Below are positions 9,409-18,986 of a stretch of 64,000 bases of DNA, piece by piece (position 1 is the first letter of the stretch; the number at the start of each line of letters is the position of its first letter). The position numbers and the translations under genes are program-made. The notes under the pieces were generated by a model, which was given only the letters and a program-made list of their open reading frames with translations, searched no databases and was not told the origin of the DNA. The DNA lies in the IMG/VR virus record IMGVR_UViG_3300044680_000280, positions 310,001-374,000 of that record; one strand, given 5' to 3'.

Positions 9409-9657
9409 ATGGTGATTGTTCAGACCGACTACCAATACAACGCTGAGGAATGGTGGGACGCGGCTAACGCACTGGCGAACAGCATGCGCGACCCGACGTT
9501 TACGCGCGTTTTCAATCTGATCACGCTGGCCGATGAGGTCAAAGTGGAGGAGAGCGACTTCGAGTCCTTCCTGTCGGCCGCTCGCAAGCTCGAGGGGTGG
9601 AGTGATGGCCCCGCAAAGGCCCCAAATCCGATTCTGTTTTCGTACGAGGAGAACTGA
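9409..9657 (+). CDS. hypothetical protein
   Basis: SD-like AAAGGG upstream. Confidence 0.65.
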   Translation: MVIVQTDYQYNAEEWWDAANALANSMRDPTFTRVFNLITLADEVKVEESDFESFLSAARKLEGWSDGPAKAPNPILFSYEEN

Positions 9658-9660
9658 CCG

Positions 9661-10308
9661 ATGAGTCAATGGAGGCTGTTCGAGAGTGGGTTTAACTACG
9701 ACACGATCGAGGCGGAGAGCGTCGAGGCGGCTCTCGAGGTCGCCAAGGACAATGTCGACCGAGACAATTACGAATCGTCCGACAAGACCTTCTACGTTGA
9801 CGTGCTTGTGCAGCGGGACCCGACGTTCGCGGTGTGGGGCCAGGGGGTGAGCAGTAGCGAGCTCATCCGCAACGGGAAGGCAACGGATCGAGCTCGTGCT
9901 CAGGCGGTCGAGCGCTCTGGCCCGATCGAGGGTGATAGGTGGGCGGTCGAGGTCACCTGCTCGAAAGATAAAATCGGCACCGAGGCTATACCCGACGAAG
10001 CGACCGAGTTTTACGCCGAGCTCGAGGGGGAGGAAGAGTCGTCGGCGTTAGTGGCCGTGGAGCCAGAGGAGCCCAAGTGCCCGAACGGGAAACACACGTG
10101 GGAGGAAACGAGCCTCCGTGGTAACGCGGGAGGAGTCATCATCAAGGAAACCTGTTCGACGTGCGGCTGTGTTCGCACGACGAACACGTGGGCTCAGAAC
10201 CCATCGACTGGTCAGCAGGGGCTGAGGTCGGTCGAGTACACCGTTTCGGACGACGACGATCAAGACCAGGTGGTCGACTACCCCGACAGTGCCGAGAGAG
10301 TCTATTGA
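9661..10308 (+). CDS. acidic hypothetical protein with C-terminal Zn-ribbon
   Basis: CPNGKHTW...CSTCG. Confidence 0.65.
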   Translation: MSQWRLFESGFNYDTIEAESVEAALEVAKDNVDRDNYESSDKTFYVDVLVQRDPTFAVWGQGVSSSELIRNGKATDRARAQAVERSGPIEGDRWAVEVTCSKDKIGTEAIPDEATEFYAELEGEEESSALVAVEPEEPKCPNGKHTWEETSLRGNAGGVIIKETCSTCGCVRTTNTWAQNPSTGQQGLRSVEYTVSDDDDQDQVVDYPDSAERVY

Positions 10309-10634
10309 GATCTGTTCAGCCGAAATGCTACCACGCATGCGGTCGCAAAGCCGCGGTTGGGCGACTTTTCTGCTCTACCAAATGTGCCGCAGAATGGGCT
10401 GAGGAACTCGCTCGCGGCAACGAAGACGAATGGTGTGTGCCTTGCCAGGCGTGGCAATCCGCTTCCGTGACGACCACAAACAAGCTCGGATGCGGGCATA
10501 TGCGGGTTGGTCTCCTCGAAGGCATGAAACATGCCGATGCGTCGAAAAAGTACGGGGACGCTATTGGGGGTCAGATAGCGCACTGGGGAGAGGAAAGATT
10601 CACCTCGGAAGAAACACGAAAGGACGAGCTATGA
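10305..10634 (+). CDS. Cys-rich hypothetical protein
   Basis: CGRK...FCSTKC; TTGA overlap. Confidence 0.55.
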   Translation: MRSVQPKCYHACGRKAAVGRLFCSTKCAAEWAEELARGNEDEWCVPCQAWQSASVTTTNKLGCGHMRVGLLEGMKHADASKKYGDAIGGQIAHWGEERFTSEETRKDEL

Positions 10635-10855
10635 TAATTTGGTCCGGAGGTCCACCGCCCGTGCATAAGGGCTCTGCGCCAGTCGATTCAAGACGAGAGA
10701 ACGGGTGGGAACCGATACCCCCGCCGCAGAAGTGCGACCTGTGCAATAAGCTGGCTCGGTACCAACACAAGGAGGGCGGGTTTCGGTGCGCGTCTTGCCC
10801 GTGTCCGCCCTCATCGAAATCTCGCCCTGACGGATGGCATTGCGTCGATGGGTAA
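10631..10855 (+). CDS. small Cys-rich protein
   Basis: ATGA overlap; CDLC...CASC. Confidence 0.55.
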   Translation: MIIWSGGPPPVHKGSAPVDSRRENGWEPIPPPQKCDLCNKLARYQHKEGGFRCASCPCPPSSKSRPDGWHCVDG

Positions 10856-10866
10856 GGGTTGACCAG

Positions 10867-11082
10867 ATGAGGTACTACATCGAAATCGCCCTTCTCGATC
10901 CCGAGACTGATGCGACGGTCGAGACCAGAAAGATGTCAAACGTCTACGACGACCTCATCGACGCGACGAACGACGTCCGTTCCGTTCTTGTCACTGGCGG
11001 TGATCAGTCCGTATGTGTCAGTGTGCGGAATGTCGCGACGGGCAAATTGCTCTATCAGGAGTTCGGCAAGATCTTCCGATGA
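10867..11082 (+). CDS. hypothetical protein
   Basis: Operon ORF. Confidence 0.6.
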   Translation: MRYYIEIALLDPETDATVETRKMSNVYDDLIDATNDVRSVLVTGGDQSVCVSVRNVATGKLLYQEFGKIFR

Positions 11083-11249
11083 ACGGGAGAACCGTTGGTG
11101 TGTGGATTGGTGCCATGCCTACCATTACGGTCCAGTACTTACCGGATACTCTTCCCCCGTCGATCTCCTCGGAGGAAGACTATACGATACGTAGGATAAA
11201 GTATGAACGGTGGGAGCACCTTCGAAGGAAGTGCGTGCTCGAGGGGTAA
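11079..11249 (+). CDS. hypothetical protein
   Basis: ATGA overlap. Confidence 0.5.
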   Translation: MNGRTVGVWIGAMPTITVQYLPDTLPPSISSEEDYTIRRIKYERWEHLRRKCVLEG

Positions 11250-11761
11250 GCGTCGATGTGCTGCCCGGTGTTGGGGGTATGGTCATCAGCGGATCGGAGC
11301 AGATTCTGAAGTGGTTTCAACTTCCCGGGGGCGTCTTCGAGCAACTCAACTTGAAACTCGTGGAGGAAACGACTTACACGGAAGGGGAGTCGAAAGATGG
11401 CGAGGGCGCAAGTCAGACGTCCGGTGTATGTATGCCCCCTATGGGAACGGAAAAAGGTGACGACGTCGCAGAGCGGTTGGGTAAGGCGTTCGGACGATTG
11501 GAGCAGTGGGACTTACGGGTTCGGGACGTGTGGCTCCATCCGAAGCAGATTGCTGAGCTCAAGGGGTCAAAGGCGTACGATCCCGTGGCGGACCGGCAAC
11601 TGCGGGACTTCTTCATCAAGTTGAGGGGCGCCTCCTACGTTGGCATGATTTATGGTGCCCGTGTCTTCGAGTCCGATGCCGTGCTGGAGGACCACGTCGT
11701 GCTGGCCCCCGACGGGCTTGATGCGAAGATTGAAGGTTCTGCCGCCTGTATGCCGTTCTGA
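11210..11761 (+). CDS. protein with C-terminal half resembling an HK97-fold major capsid protein segment (start may be 11279)
   Basis: AFGRLEQWDLRVRDVWLHPKQIAEL...IYGARVFESDAV pattern, recognised from memory of large-phage MCPs. Confidence 0.45.
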   Translation: MGAPSKEVRARGVSVDVLPGVGGMVISGSEQILKWFQLPGGVFEQLNLKLVEETTYTEGESKDGEGASQTSGVCMPPMGTEKGDDVAERLGKAFGRLEQWDLRVRDVWLHPKQIAELKGSKAYDPVADRQLRDFFIKLRGASYVGMIYGARVFESDAVLEDHVVLAPDGLDAKIEGSAACMPF

Positions 11762-11796
11762 TCGGTGTAAGGACAAGGTTGGAGGGTTTATTCCCC

Positions 11797-12087
11797 ATGA
11801 CCGAGATCGAACGACTCGAGATTCAACGACTGACGGCGGAGATTCGACGTGCGAGCGAGATCAACACTCTCACGTTGCTCGTCCAGAGCAAGATGAGGCT
11901 CACGAACATCTTTTGCTCCGAAGCCACGTGCGGGAAGGTGGCGACGTTGTCCATCGAAGGTGGGGAAGACAGCATCTATTCCATGTGGATCCAATGCGAC
12001 AACCACGGGCGGGACAGAAAGGGCGCTCGGGAATTCGAGTTCGCTAAGTTCTGTCGTCGGCTCAACACTTTGATCAGTGGGGAGTGA
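11797..12087 (+). CDS. hypothetical protein
   Basis: A-motif at 11763; Cys cluster. Confidence 0.6.
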   Translation: MTEIERLEIQRLTAEIRRASEINTLTLLVQSKMRLTNIFCSEATCGKVATLSIEGGEDSIYSMWIQCDNHGRDRKGAREFEFAKFCRRLNTLISGE

Positions 12088-12142
12088 TGGAACCTTGCCA
12101 GTGTGGGCGGGTAGAGCCGTGGATCACTGTTTTACTGGGACC

Positions 12143-12436
12143 ATGAAGCATCACGACTGGGTGCAAGAGACCCCACATCAGCCGTTGCATTTCCCCGAAA
12201 ACAAGCAATGGGTATGCCACGGTTGCGGAACTCGCATTATCTCTGTGGCTAGGCCCCAGGTCCTTGAGGATGACGCGGTCTGCTACACCGCGCGGCGAGT
12301 TGACACGGTCACTGGTGACGTTGTCTTGGAATTCTTCGGAAAGAAGTCATTACCTTACATTGTGACAGACTGCAATCTTCAGGGGCTTCACTTACTCTAC
12401 TTCGGTCTCATGGCGACCTGGGTCGCGAAATCCTGA
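12143..12436 (+). CDS. hypothetical Zn-binding protein
   Basis: HDW...WVCHGCG. Confidence 0.55.
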   Translation: MKHHDWVQETPHQPLHFPENKQWVCHGCGTRIISVARPQVLEDDAVCYTARRVDTVTGDVVLEFFGKKSLPYIVTDCNLQGLHLLYFGLMATWVAKS

Positions 12437-12717
12437 GCCTCTTCATCCGCAATCCTAGCGAGGACCTCCCCGTGACACGGTAGCGGGGCACACCAACACC
12501 CGAGGATCTTGCCCTTGAGCTCGTTCTTGACCCTCAGGACCATGTTGGGTTGAGCCAGAAGCCACTCCTCGTAGCGTCTGATCGCTTCCGTTCGAGAGGA
12601 GACTCGGAACTCGGCGAGGGTATCTTTCTTGTGGCTGAACGGGTTTCCCCAGGGTGACGGACGCCCGATGTAGACGTCGTAACGCCTCTTCTTGCAGTGG
12701 ACGACAGAGGTGGTCAT
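12397..12717 (-). CDS. DUF4326-family protein
   Basis: VVHCKK..YDVYIGRPSPWGNPF and LGCWCAPLPCHGEVL signature. Confidence 0.9.
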   Translation of the reverse strand: MTTSVVHCKKRRYDVYIGRPSPWGNPFSHKKDTLAEFRVSSRTEAIRRYEEWLLAQPNMVLRVKNELKGKILGCWCAPLPCHGEVLARIADEEAQDFATQVAMRPK

Positions 12718-12735
12718 GATCCACCCTGCTCCTCG

Positions 12736-13182
12736 TCACTTTGCCGGGACATAACGGGTAGTTGTACGAGGCCCCCGAGCCATGATGCCGGCCAGGGACG
12801 GGGAGAGACAGCCCTTGTGGTCACCCGGATAGACGATCTCATCTCCCGTACGTTTCGGATCCGGTGTGGGGTGAGCTCTATACTCAAAGACTGCGGAGCA
12901 GATAGCCCATTTCAATACCTCTTGGCCCCATGACCCATCCTTCAACTGATTGGTATCCAACTTCGTACCATCCATGAAAACGTCGAATTCGGAGGCGAGG
13001 ACGCCTAGGCCCCAGGCCCAGACGCCGATTTCCCCGGGACGTGAGTGCACCACGGCCGCGTGGACTTCGATTCTAAGTCTCTCGGCGTCGACGCGGGCCA
13101 TCTTCGCGGTGCCCCGTCGAATGGCCTCCTCTATAGTGAGGCGTTCGTCTTTGGTCAACTTGTACGCGTGATGTGTATGCAT
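12736..13182 (-). CDS. hypothetical protein
   Basis: A-motif at 13192. Confidence 0.7.
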   Translation of the reverse strand: MHTHHAYKLTKDERLTIEEAIRRGTAKMARVDAERLRIEVHAAVVHSRPGEIGVWAWGLGVLASEFDVFMDGTKLDTNQLKDGSWGQEVLKWAICSAVFEYRAHPTPDPKRTGDEIVYPGDHKGCLSPSLAGIMARGPRTTTRYVPAK

Positions 13183-13185
13183 ACC

Positions 13186-13356
13186 TCAGGATACACCGAC
13201 TCTGTGGAGCCACATAGACACTGCGGCTCCGATGGCGATGATCGTCGCTGCACCCATGACCGCTGGAGCTGAAAAGGCTACTCCGACGGCCGCGAGCAAG
13301 GTCGAACCGACCGCGACGCTAAGCTCCGTAAGAGTGCGGGCTTCGTCTTTAGTCAT
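13186..13356 (-). CDS. small membrane protein (56 aa)
   Basis: GGAG SD; two hydrophobic segments; below the track cut-off. Confidence 0.6.
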   Translation of the reverse strand: MTKDEARTLTELSVAVGSTLLAAVGVAFSAPAVMGAATIIAIGAAVSMWLHRVGVS

Positions 13357-13597
13357 GGTGCTCTCCTTGGATGACCTTTGGACCGGGGAGACCCGGCTTC
13401 ATTCCGAAGAGCTTGGCGACTCTGTCCAAACAATTCCGGCACGATCCATGCTCGACCAGGTTGGCCATGATCTCACGAGCTTTCGTGTTCTCGTTCTGAA
13501 GACTTTCGATTTCGGCCAGTGCGGCCTCTAGAACCTCAAGTCGGTGTTTGTCCTCCACAATGGCGAACTGGAGGCGCTCTTTCGTAGCTTTGCTCAT
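13349..13597 (-). CDS. hypothetical coiled-coil protein
   Basis: A-motif at 13609. Confidence 0.7.
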   Translation of the reverse strand: MSKATKERLQFAIVEDKHRLEVLEAALAEIESLQNENTKAREIMANLVEHGSCRNCLDRVAKLFGMKPGLPGPKVIQGEHHD

Positions 13598-13645
13598 GTC
13601 CTATATACTACACCGGGTCCCCGCCCTCGGTGTAAAGATAGTCTC

Positions 13646-14569
13646 ATGCCGTTGGACGATGATGAGGTGCGGGTCCTAAATCTACGAATCCTGAATCTTG
13701 AGAACCATCTCGCGACGGTCAACGCGGTTCTTTCTCGTATGGCATTGCTTGAGACACCCTCGGTTGAGCCCCCAACCCCACCAGAGACCCCACCAGAGGT
13801 TGAATTCGATGAAACGGACCTCGCACGTATTTGGGTGGAGTGGGGTGAAGTTGAGGGCCGCATTGTTAACGACGGGCACCACCCCATTACTGAGCACTAT
13901 CCCGACAGTGCGTCCGGGTTCGAGTTGTACAGGGAAGAGTGGCTCGAACTACGAATGGGGTCTGAGGAATCGACATGGAACTCAGCTCAACAGAGCGCGG
14001 CTAGAGTTGTCAGGGCTATGCCGAATCCTTATGTGTTACAAGAGAGGGCTCAGGATGCATGGCATTCCATGTCCAGGTACATACAAGAAACGGGGCATCA
14101 TCCGTTTCTGTACGAGGGGAGAGAGTACGCTGATTCGGCGGCGGGGTTCGAGTTGTTCATTGACTATTGGGTAGAGAGATACGTGGGCTTGTGGGGTCGT
14201 GGGTCCTCAAGGTATGAGCTCCAAACCCGCATTGTGAATCGTATTGTCACCGCAACGCCGAACCCCTATTTGCTAAGGGCGCAGGGCCCGGGTCTTCGGG
14301 ATGAATTTCCAATACAGGCCATCGCATTGACCTCAGACTTCGAGGACGTGCCTCCAAACGTCGTCAAGGCCGAGTCAATACTATTGACTCCTGAGGAAGT
14401 GGCTAGACTCACAGGTTACCTCAAACCCTACGAAATGTCGGTCGGTCAGTTGGCCACCAACCTTTTGCGAGAATGGCTCACCACCCATCGAGAGTATGAA
14501 ATTGCAGCGGTGGATCAATCACCCAAGACCATTTGGGACCACATTATGGACGTCCCCACTGAGGGGTGA
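13646..14569 (+). CDS. repeat-domain protein (2 copies of HP..YPD..GFE..W..PNPY) with W-tag
   Basis: A-motif at 13628; C-terminus KTIWDHIMDVPTEG*. Confidence 0.8.
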   Translation: MPLDDDEVRVLNLRILNLENHLATVNAVLSRMALLETPSVEPPTPPETPPEVEFDETDLARIWVEWGEVEGRIVNDGHHPITEHYPDSASGFELYREEWLELRMGSEESTWNSAQQSAARVVRAMPNPYVLQERAQDAWHSMSRYIQETGHHPFLYEGREYADSAAGFELFIDYWVERYVGLWGRGSSRYELQTRIVNRIVTATPNPYLLRAQGPGLRDEFPIQAIALTSDFEDVPPNVVKAESILLTPEEVARLTGYLKPYEMSVGQLATNLLREWLTTHREYEIAAVDQSPKTIWDHIMDVPTEG

Positions 14570-14898
14570 CTGGGATGGCAAAAGCACGAGGCATGATTGT
14601 CTACCGGGGATCGAGCACCAACCTGCTCGATACGGACAGATTCTACGCAAATTCAGACCCCACAATGGGGTACCGAATTGTGAACCCAGGTTACACACGG
14701 AACGGGGAGACGATAGAGGTCGAAGCTGAACAGGACGGGGAACACGGGAATCGCCCTTCAGGTGAGACCCTCACCTTTCTCTTCATTTCTACCCATTCCG
14801 TTGTGAACATCGTCGGTGGTGCCGATCTGATTCCTATTCCCATCGAACTTAACGGACCTCGGAAGACAATATGGGAACATTTGGTGGGTGAAGGGTGA
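14566..14898 (+). CDS. hypothetical protein with W-tag
   Basis: C-terminus RKTIWEHLVGEG*. Confidence 0.75.
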   Translation: MTGMAKARGMIVYRGSSTNLLDTDRFYANSDPTMGYRIVNPGYTRNGETIEVEAEQDGEHGNRPSGETLTFLFISTHSVVNIVGGADLIPIPIELNGPRKTIWEHLVGEG

Positions 14899-14919
14899 AA
14901 AGTGGTGTAAAATCGGGGA

Positions 14920-15255
14920 ATGCCTCCCTCTGAGAACCACTCAGAATGTGATGCTCGCATCGAGGCACTCCACTCAGAATGTGATGCTCGCATCGTGACA
15001 CTCCAGTTGGAAGTGCGGCGGCTCGATACACGGCTTATTTGGCTCAATACACGGCTCGTAACTCTAGAGGCAACGGTTGAGGAACGGAATGATGAACCGG
15101 AGACGACCTTAGCTTCCGAGGACGGATCACCCCCGTTCCGTGTGCCCAGTCTCTGGTCCTCGGATATCGTGGTATCCCATATATTCGAAGAACATAAGGA
15201 CGACGGTTCACCTAGGGTCTCAGCTTGGGATCACATAATGAGTGAGGACGCTTGA
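14920..15255 (+). CDS. coiled-coil protein with W-tag
   Basis: TGGTGTA at 14903; C-terminus RVSAWDHIMSEDA*. Confidence 0.75.
   Translation: MPPSENHSECDARIEALHSECDARIVTLQLEVRRLDTRLIWLNTRLVTLEATVEERNDEPETTLASEDGSPPFRVPSLWSSDIVVSHIFEEHKDDGSPRVSAWDHIMSEDA
14937..14995 (+). repeat. 26-bp direct repeat, period 33 (HSECDARI x2)
   Basis: ccactcagaatgtgatgctcgcatcg at 14937 and 14970. Confidence 0.9.
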
Positions 15256-15257
15256 CC

Positions 15258-16523
15258 ATGCCCGACGAAGTCACCACCCGAATTGAAGCGCTCGATAGAC
15301 GGATCTCCGACATCGAATCCCTTTACGGTAACCTCAGGGTGGTCAACTTTGAGAGCCAGGTTCGAGCTGCGTGGGCTCCCATTGAGGAGCAGATCCAATC
15401 GAGCGGACGTCACCCTCTCGAGTTCAACGGTTCTACCTACCCCGACACAAGTAGTGGATTTGAGAGGTTCCGTATCGACTGGATCTACGGCATCGTTGCT
15501 GTTGCTGAGACATCCCCACTGTACAACATCAGACTTCAAATTGCGTCTCTAGTGGTGATGTCAGTTCCCAACCCCTACATGTCACTAATCAATGTAGGAA
15601 ATCCAGACATTAATATGGGCTCCGGGGAGTGGGTACAGGTAGGAACCACTCGGTTTGCTGCTGCATACGAGAGTGCGATTCGAAGCTTATGGGGCAGGGC
15701 GATACCGCAAGAGTACGCGAGAGATTGGGTGGGATTTGAGTCTTTTCGTCAGGATTGGGTGACTCTACAGTTGCAGGATTACCCAACGACGAGTCCCGGA
15801 TACGCCGCTAGGGAGCCTATTATTAGGCGAGTGGTGGACGAGACGCCGAATCCGTATCCACGTATGGACAACCCTCAACGGGACATTCCCACTGCGACGA
15901 CTCTTGTCGATCTCGTACAGGCGGGCTCGTCGGCTGATGTAAGGGTCATCGCATTCATAGGTCGGGTTCGAGCTGCATGGGGGGAATCCGCTGCCTTCAT
16001 TGCGAGTAACGGTAGTCACCCCTTGCGTCCCATCTTTGGCATCTATGGTGAATCCGAAGAAGAGTACAATCGTTTCGTCGAGGATTGGATCAGCACTTTT
16101 ATCAGCGAAGATGTGACTGAGGATGAGCCGGACGACACCTATAAAACGATACTCGCGAATGGCGTCGTGTCTGAGACCCTTAACCCCTTTCGAACTCGTC
16201 GGCTTCACGCCTCGGTAGCCGGTGGTTCGATCGCGCCTACCGGCGGAACAGTTACGAATCAAATCGCCGACGATACGGTCGGATACGACATCGCTCTTCA
16301 GGAGTTCTTCATCCGGTTGCCGAATGTCACGCATTCCCAGATGCTTGAGTTTCAGAACGAAGTCTCTCACGTCGTACCCACCCGGGCGGGGGACGCTGTC
16401 GTTGCCTATATGAGGCGCACGGTAGGGGGTTTTTTCGGGACCGTAAAGCGAGATCCCTCGCCCGTTGAAAAAATTGAACCCAAGGTCTCCATTTGGGACC
16501 ATTTAATGGAAGGAGACCGGTAA
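15258..16523 (+). CDS. repeat-domain protein (3 copies) with W-tag
   Basis: Three ...GFE.F..DW...VV...PNP[YF] units; C-terminus KVSIWDHLMEGDR*. Confidence 0.8.
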   Translation: MPDEVTTRIEALDRRISDIESLYGNLRVVNFESQVRAAWAPIEEQIQSSGRHPLEFNGSTYPDTSSGFERFRIDWIYGIVAVAETSPLYNIRLQIASLVVMSVPNPYMSLINVGNPDINMGSGEWVQVGTTRFAAAYESAIRSLWGRAIPQEYARDWVGFESFRQDWVTLQLQDYPTTSPGYAAREPIIRRVVDETPNPYPRMDNPQRDIPTATTLVDLVQAGSSADVRVIAFIGRVRAAWGESAAFIASNGSHPLRPIFGIYGESEEEYNRFVEDWISTFISEDVTEDEPDDTYKTILANGVVSETLNPFRTRRLHASVAGGSIAPTGGTVTNQIADDTVGYDIALQEFFIRLPNVTHSQMLEFQNEVSHVVPTRAGDAVVAYMRRTVGGFFGTVKRDPSPVEKIEPKVSIWDHLMEGDR

Positions 16524-16539
16524 TGAAAGATATGAGGCG

Positions 16540-17028
16540 TCACACATGCCAAAGGAGAGAACGTGGCGCCACGGTGCAGATTCCCTTGGAGGCGGTCACT
16601 AGAGCCGCCTCCTCCCGTGGGTCTAAAGAGACCGTCACCGCGTACTTGGGGTTGCCCGAGATGATCTTAATAGATGGCACATAACGCCGCAGACTCGTAA
16701 TAATGTCCACTTCTCTGCCCGCCGCTGACTCCCGTAGAAGCTCGGGAAGCAGCGTCAAGGTTCTCTCGAGCAGGATTCCTCCCAGTGCCTTTATGGATTG
16801 TTCGAGTGTCACTACCGATGGCAGACGTTCCAGGCTCGAGGTCCGCTGCCAAGCCACGTCGTCTAGTACCTTTGTGGCCGCCAAGACGATCTGGTAGAGA
16901 TCGAGCAGGTCCCTCGCCCTAATGCAGGGCTCATGATTGCATTCCTCAAAAGAACATTTGTGACCCATACCCTCATGGTGGTCTTTACGGTCCTGAGCAC
17001 TTGCTACTGCGTTCACAAAACTACCCAT
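16540..17028 (-). CDS. hypothetical protein
   Basis: Operon ORF, GAAGG upstream. Confidence 0.6.
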   Translation of the reverse strand: MGSFVNAVASAQDRKDHHEGMGHKCSFEECNHEPCIRARDLLDLYQIVLAATKVLDDVAWQRTSSLERLPSVVTLEQSIKALGGILLERTLTLLPELLRESAAGREVDIITSLRRYVPSIKIISGNPKYAVTVSLDPREEAALVTASKGICTVAPRSLLWHV

Positions 17029-17269
17029 TGTCTTGCCCTTCCTCTTCCAGCATGTGTTCAAAGACTGTTTTGGAATTAACCGGTTTTACGGGAATTTCTT
17101 GTGGTTGAGGAACGACTACGGGCTGCTCTGGCACCACCGCTCGTCGGGCTCTCCATCGGTTCCAAAGGGAACCAAAGAGGTTGTTGCGCACCGCGGTGGA
17201 TAGAGCGGCAAAGAACATGCTCACCGCGGTGTATGCCCCAACCTCCATAATGGTGTCGCGCGGTGTCAT
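17021..17269 (-). CDS. small membrane protein with W-tag variant
   Basis: Hydrophobic N-terminus; KTVFEHMLEEEG near the C-terminus. Confidence 0.7.
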   Translation of the reverse strand: MTPRDTIMEVGAYTAVSMFFAALSTAVRNNLFGSLWNRWRARRAVVPEQPVVVPQPQEIPVKPVNSKTVFEHMLEEEGQDNG

Positions 17270-17727
17270 GTCACTTCTCTCGCAGTGGCCTGTAGACCCG
17301 AACAATGCTGCCCTCGTATCCGCGTTCTAACCAGTCAGCTAACAGACGAAGTGCTCGTGACCTACTGACGAACTGCGGCTTCTTTGGGGAAGCAACGTAC
17401 CGTCCGTCGTCTTGCACGTACCATCCGTCTGACGTCTTGACGCGGTACCCTACGTACGTACGAATCCTTTTGCGGACCTTACGGATGGCATCATCCCAAT
17501 CATCGGCATTCAGAAGCCCCCTCTCGTCGAGCACTCTCCTCACGGTGAAGTTTAGTATGTTCTGCATGCACCCCCCTTTTTCAAATGGGGGTAACAGGAT
17601 GATAGTGCCCGTTCCTTCATGCCAATAAAATACATGTGCATGAATAGTCTGTTTCGGGGTGAACCCTAGACTCTTCAGCAGGCCGGAGATAAGTCTTGAG
17701 TCGTACAGCATGTCACTTCTCTCGCAG
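17267..17727. repeat. 19-bp direct repeat flanking gene 17271-17711
   Basis: catgtcacttctctcgcag at 17267-17285 and 17709-17727. Confidence 0.9.
17271..17711 (-). CDS. HicA-like N-terminal domain fused to a second small domain
   Basis: LLKSLGF...HAHVFYWH...LPP resembles HicA; C-terminal part similar to 25601-25891. Confidence 0.5.
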   Translation of the reverse strand: MLYDSRLISGLLKSLGFTPKQTIHAHVFYWHEGTGTIILLPPFEKGGCMQNILNFTVRRVLDERGLLNADDWDDAIRKVRKRIRTYVGYRVKTSDGWYVQDDGRYVASPKKPQFVSRSRALRLLADWLERGYEGSIVRVYRPLREK

Positions 17728-18531
17728 GGCGGAGGGGGTACCCCTCTCTTCGAGAAGTTGAAGAACGGTCTTTTTCTGGTCCCGCCAGGCCACGTACTCG
17801 TCCTTCGTCATGCCGAGCCACGTCCAGACCTCGACACTGCGATCGACCGATTGGCGTTTCTTCCAGTCGTCTAAGTCTTTCAAAACCTCTTCTGGCTCGG
17901 CGCACCCGTGATCCAGACGGTCCATGAAAGGACCGTCTATGTAGTCGTCCTTCCACGAATCGAACCGTTGAGCCAGCTTCGCAAGTCGCCTCTTGGCATC
18001 ATATTGGGCTTGGACCTTCCGGACATAAGCCTCTTCGACGCCGTTGTGGTGATTGTGAAACGCTCGGTAGAGGGCTTCGGCGTCCTCGGGGGACAGTTGC
18101 GGGGCAAGCCTATGGTAGAGTGAAAACGAGTGGCGATCGATGCCCGTTGCCACTCGACCGAGTCCGTAGATGCCGTGAGCGAGGAGTAGAAGCGGAGACG
18201 TCAAGATTAGAGCAGGCAGACCGAGAAGAGCAATGCCGATTTCAGCCGAACCGTAACCACTGGTCCCGCTGATCAAATCCCAAGTGACGCGGGTGAAAAC
18301 GTTCTCTTCAGCGTCAATGTTGATCGTCCAGACGACTCCGCCTTCGACCTGACCGTGTATGGCCAATCGGGCGGGCTGTTCTTCTTCGCTCCCAAAATAG
18401 TCCTTCTTGACCTCACGCGGTAGGTGGAGCGCCTGGATAACAGTCAGCTTCTTCGTGCTGGGGAAGTCAAGAGCCAGCACGGGGGCGATGATCTGGGAAC
18501 CGAGAATGGGTCCTAACGCGTCGATGTTCAT
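17713..18531 (-). CDS. membrane protein
   Basis: AAAGGA SD; central hydrophobic segment. Confidence 0.7.
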   Translation of the reverse strand: MNIDALGPILGSQIIAPVLALDFPSTKKLTVIQALHLPREVKKDYFGSEEEQPARLAIHGQVEGGVVWTINIDAEENVFTRVTWDLISGTSGYGSAEIGIALLGLPALILTSPLLLLAHGIYGLGRVATGIDRHSFSLYHRLAPQLSPEDAEALYRAFHNHHNGVEEAYVRKVQAQYDAKRRLAKLAQRFDSWKDDYIDGPFMDRLDHGCAEPEEVLKDLDDWKKRQSVDRSVEVWTWLGMTKDEYVAWRDQKKTVLQLLEERGTPSALREK

Positions 18532-18546
18532 TTTGTGTCCTTTTCA

Positions 18547-18852
18547 TCACCCAATGTAGGAGCGCTCGTGACCGCACCCCCGGCAATAATTGCTGGGCCA
18601 AGAGGCCTCGTTTTTGCACTTTTTGTTGAGGCAAGGTACGCCTTTGGACGTATCCTTGGGGGGATGAGGTTTCGGAAGCGAGCTAGGCGGCTTTTCGGTC
18701 GTCAGCATGTCGATGTGAAACAGCTCCTCGTAAACCGACTGGCCGCTGAACCACTTGCAGAGGACCCTGACCCTGTCCTCGGCGATGGTACTGGAGTAGA
18801 TGGTCATGGCTGGGCCGCCAGACTTGAGGTAGACGACGTCTCCGATCCGCAT
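18547..18852 (-). CDS. DUF2158/YodC-family protein with C-terminal Zn-ribbon
   Basis: GDVVYLKSGGPAMTI...CKWF; tail CLNKKC...CRGCG; A-motif at 18863. Confidence 0.8.
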   Translation of the reverse strand: MRIGDVVYLKSGGPAMTIYSSTIAEDRVRVLCKWFSGQSVYEELFHIDMLTTEKPPSSLPKPHPPKDTSKGVPCLNKKCKNEASWPSNYCRGCGHERSYIG

Positions 18853-18986
18853 GCCTTACTCTTACACCGTTTGAGAAGCCCCACCCCGTGTTCTTGGCAA
18901 TTTGGTCGCAACGGGGCGGGGGTGGTCGTAGGCCGGGGAGCTAGATAATCGTAGCATACCGGACGAGACCGGTGTATGGTGTCGGT

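Noticed and set aside
16540-16570. RSLLWHV* as a W-tag
   Set aside because: It lacks the D/E-H-hydrophobic-acidic pattern; too weak to count.
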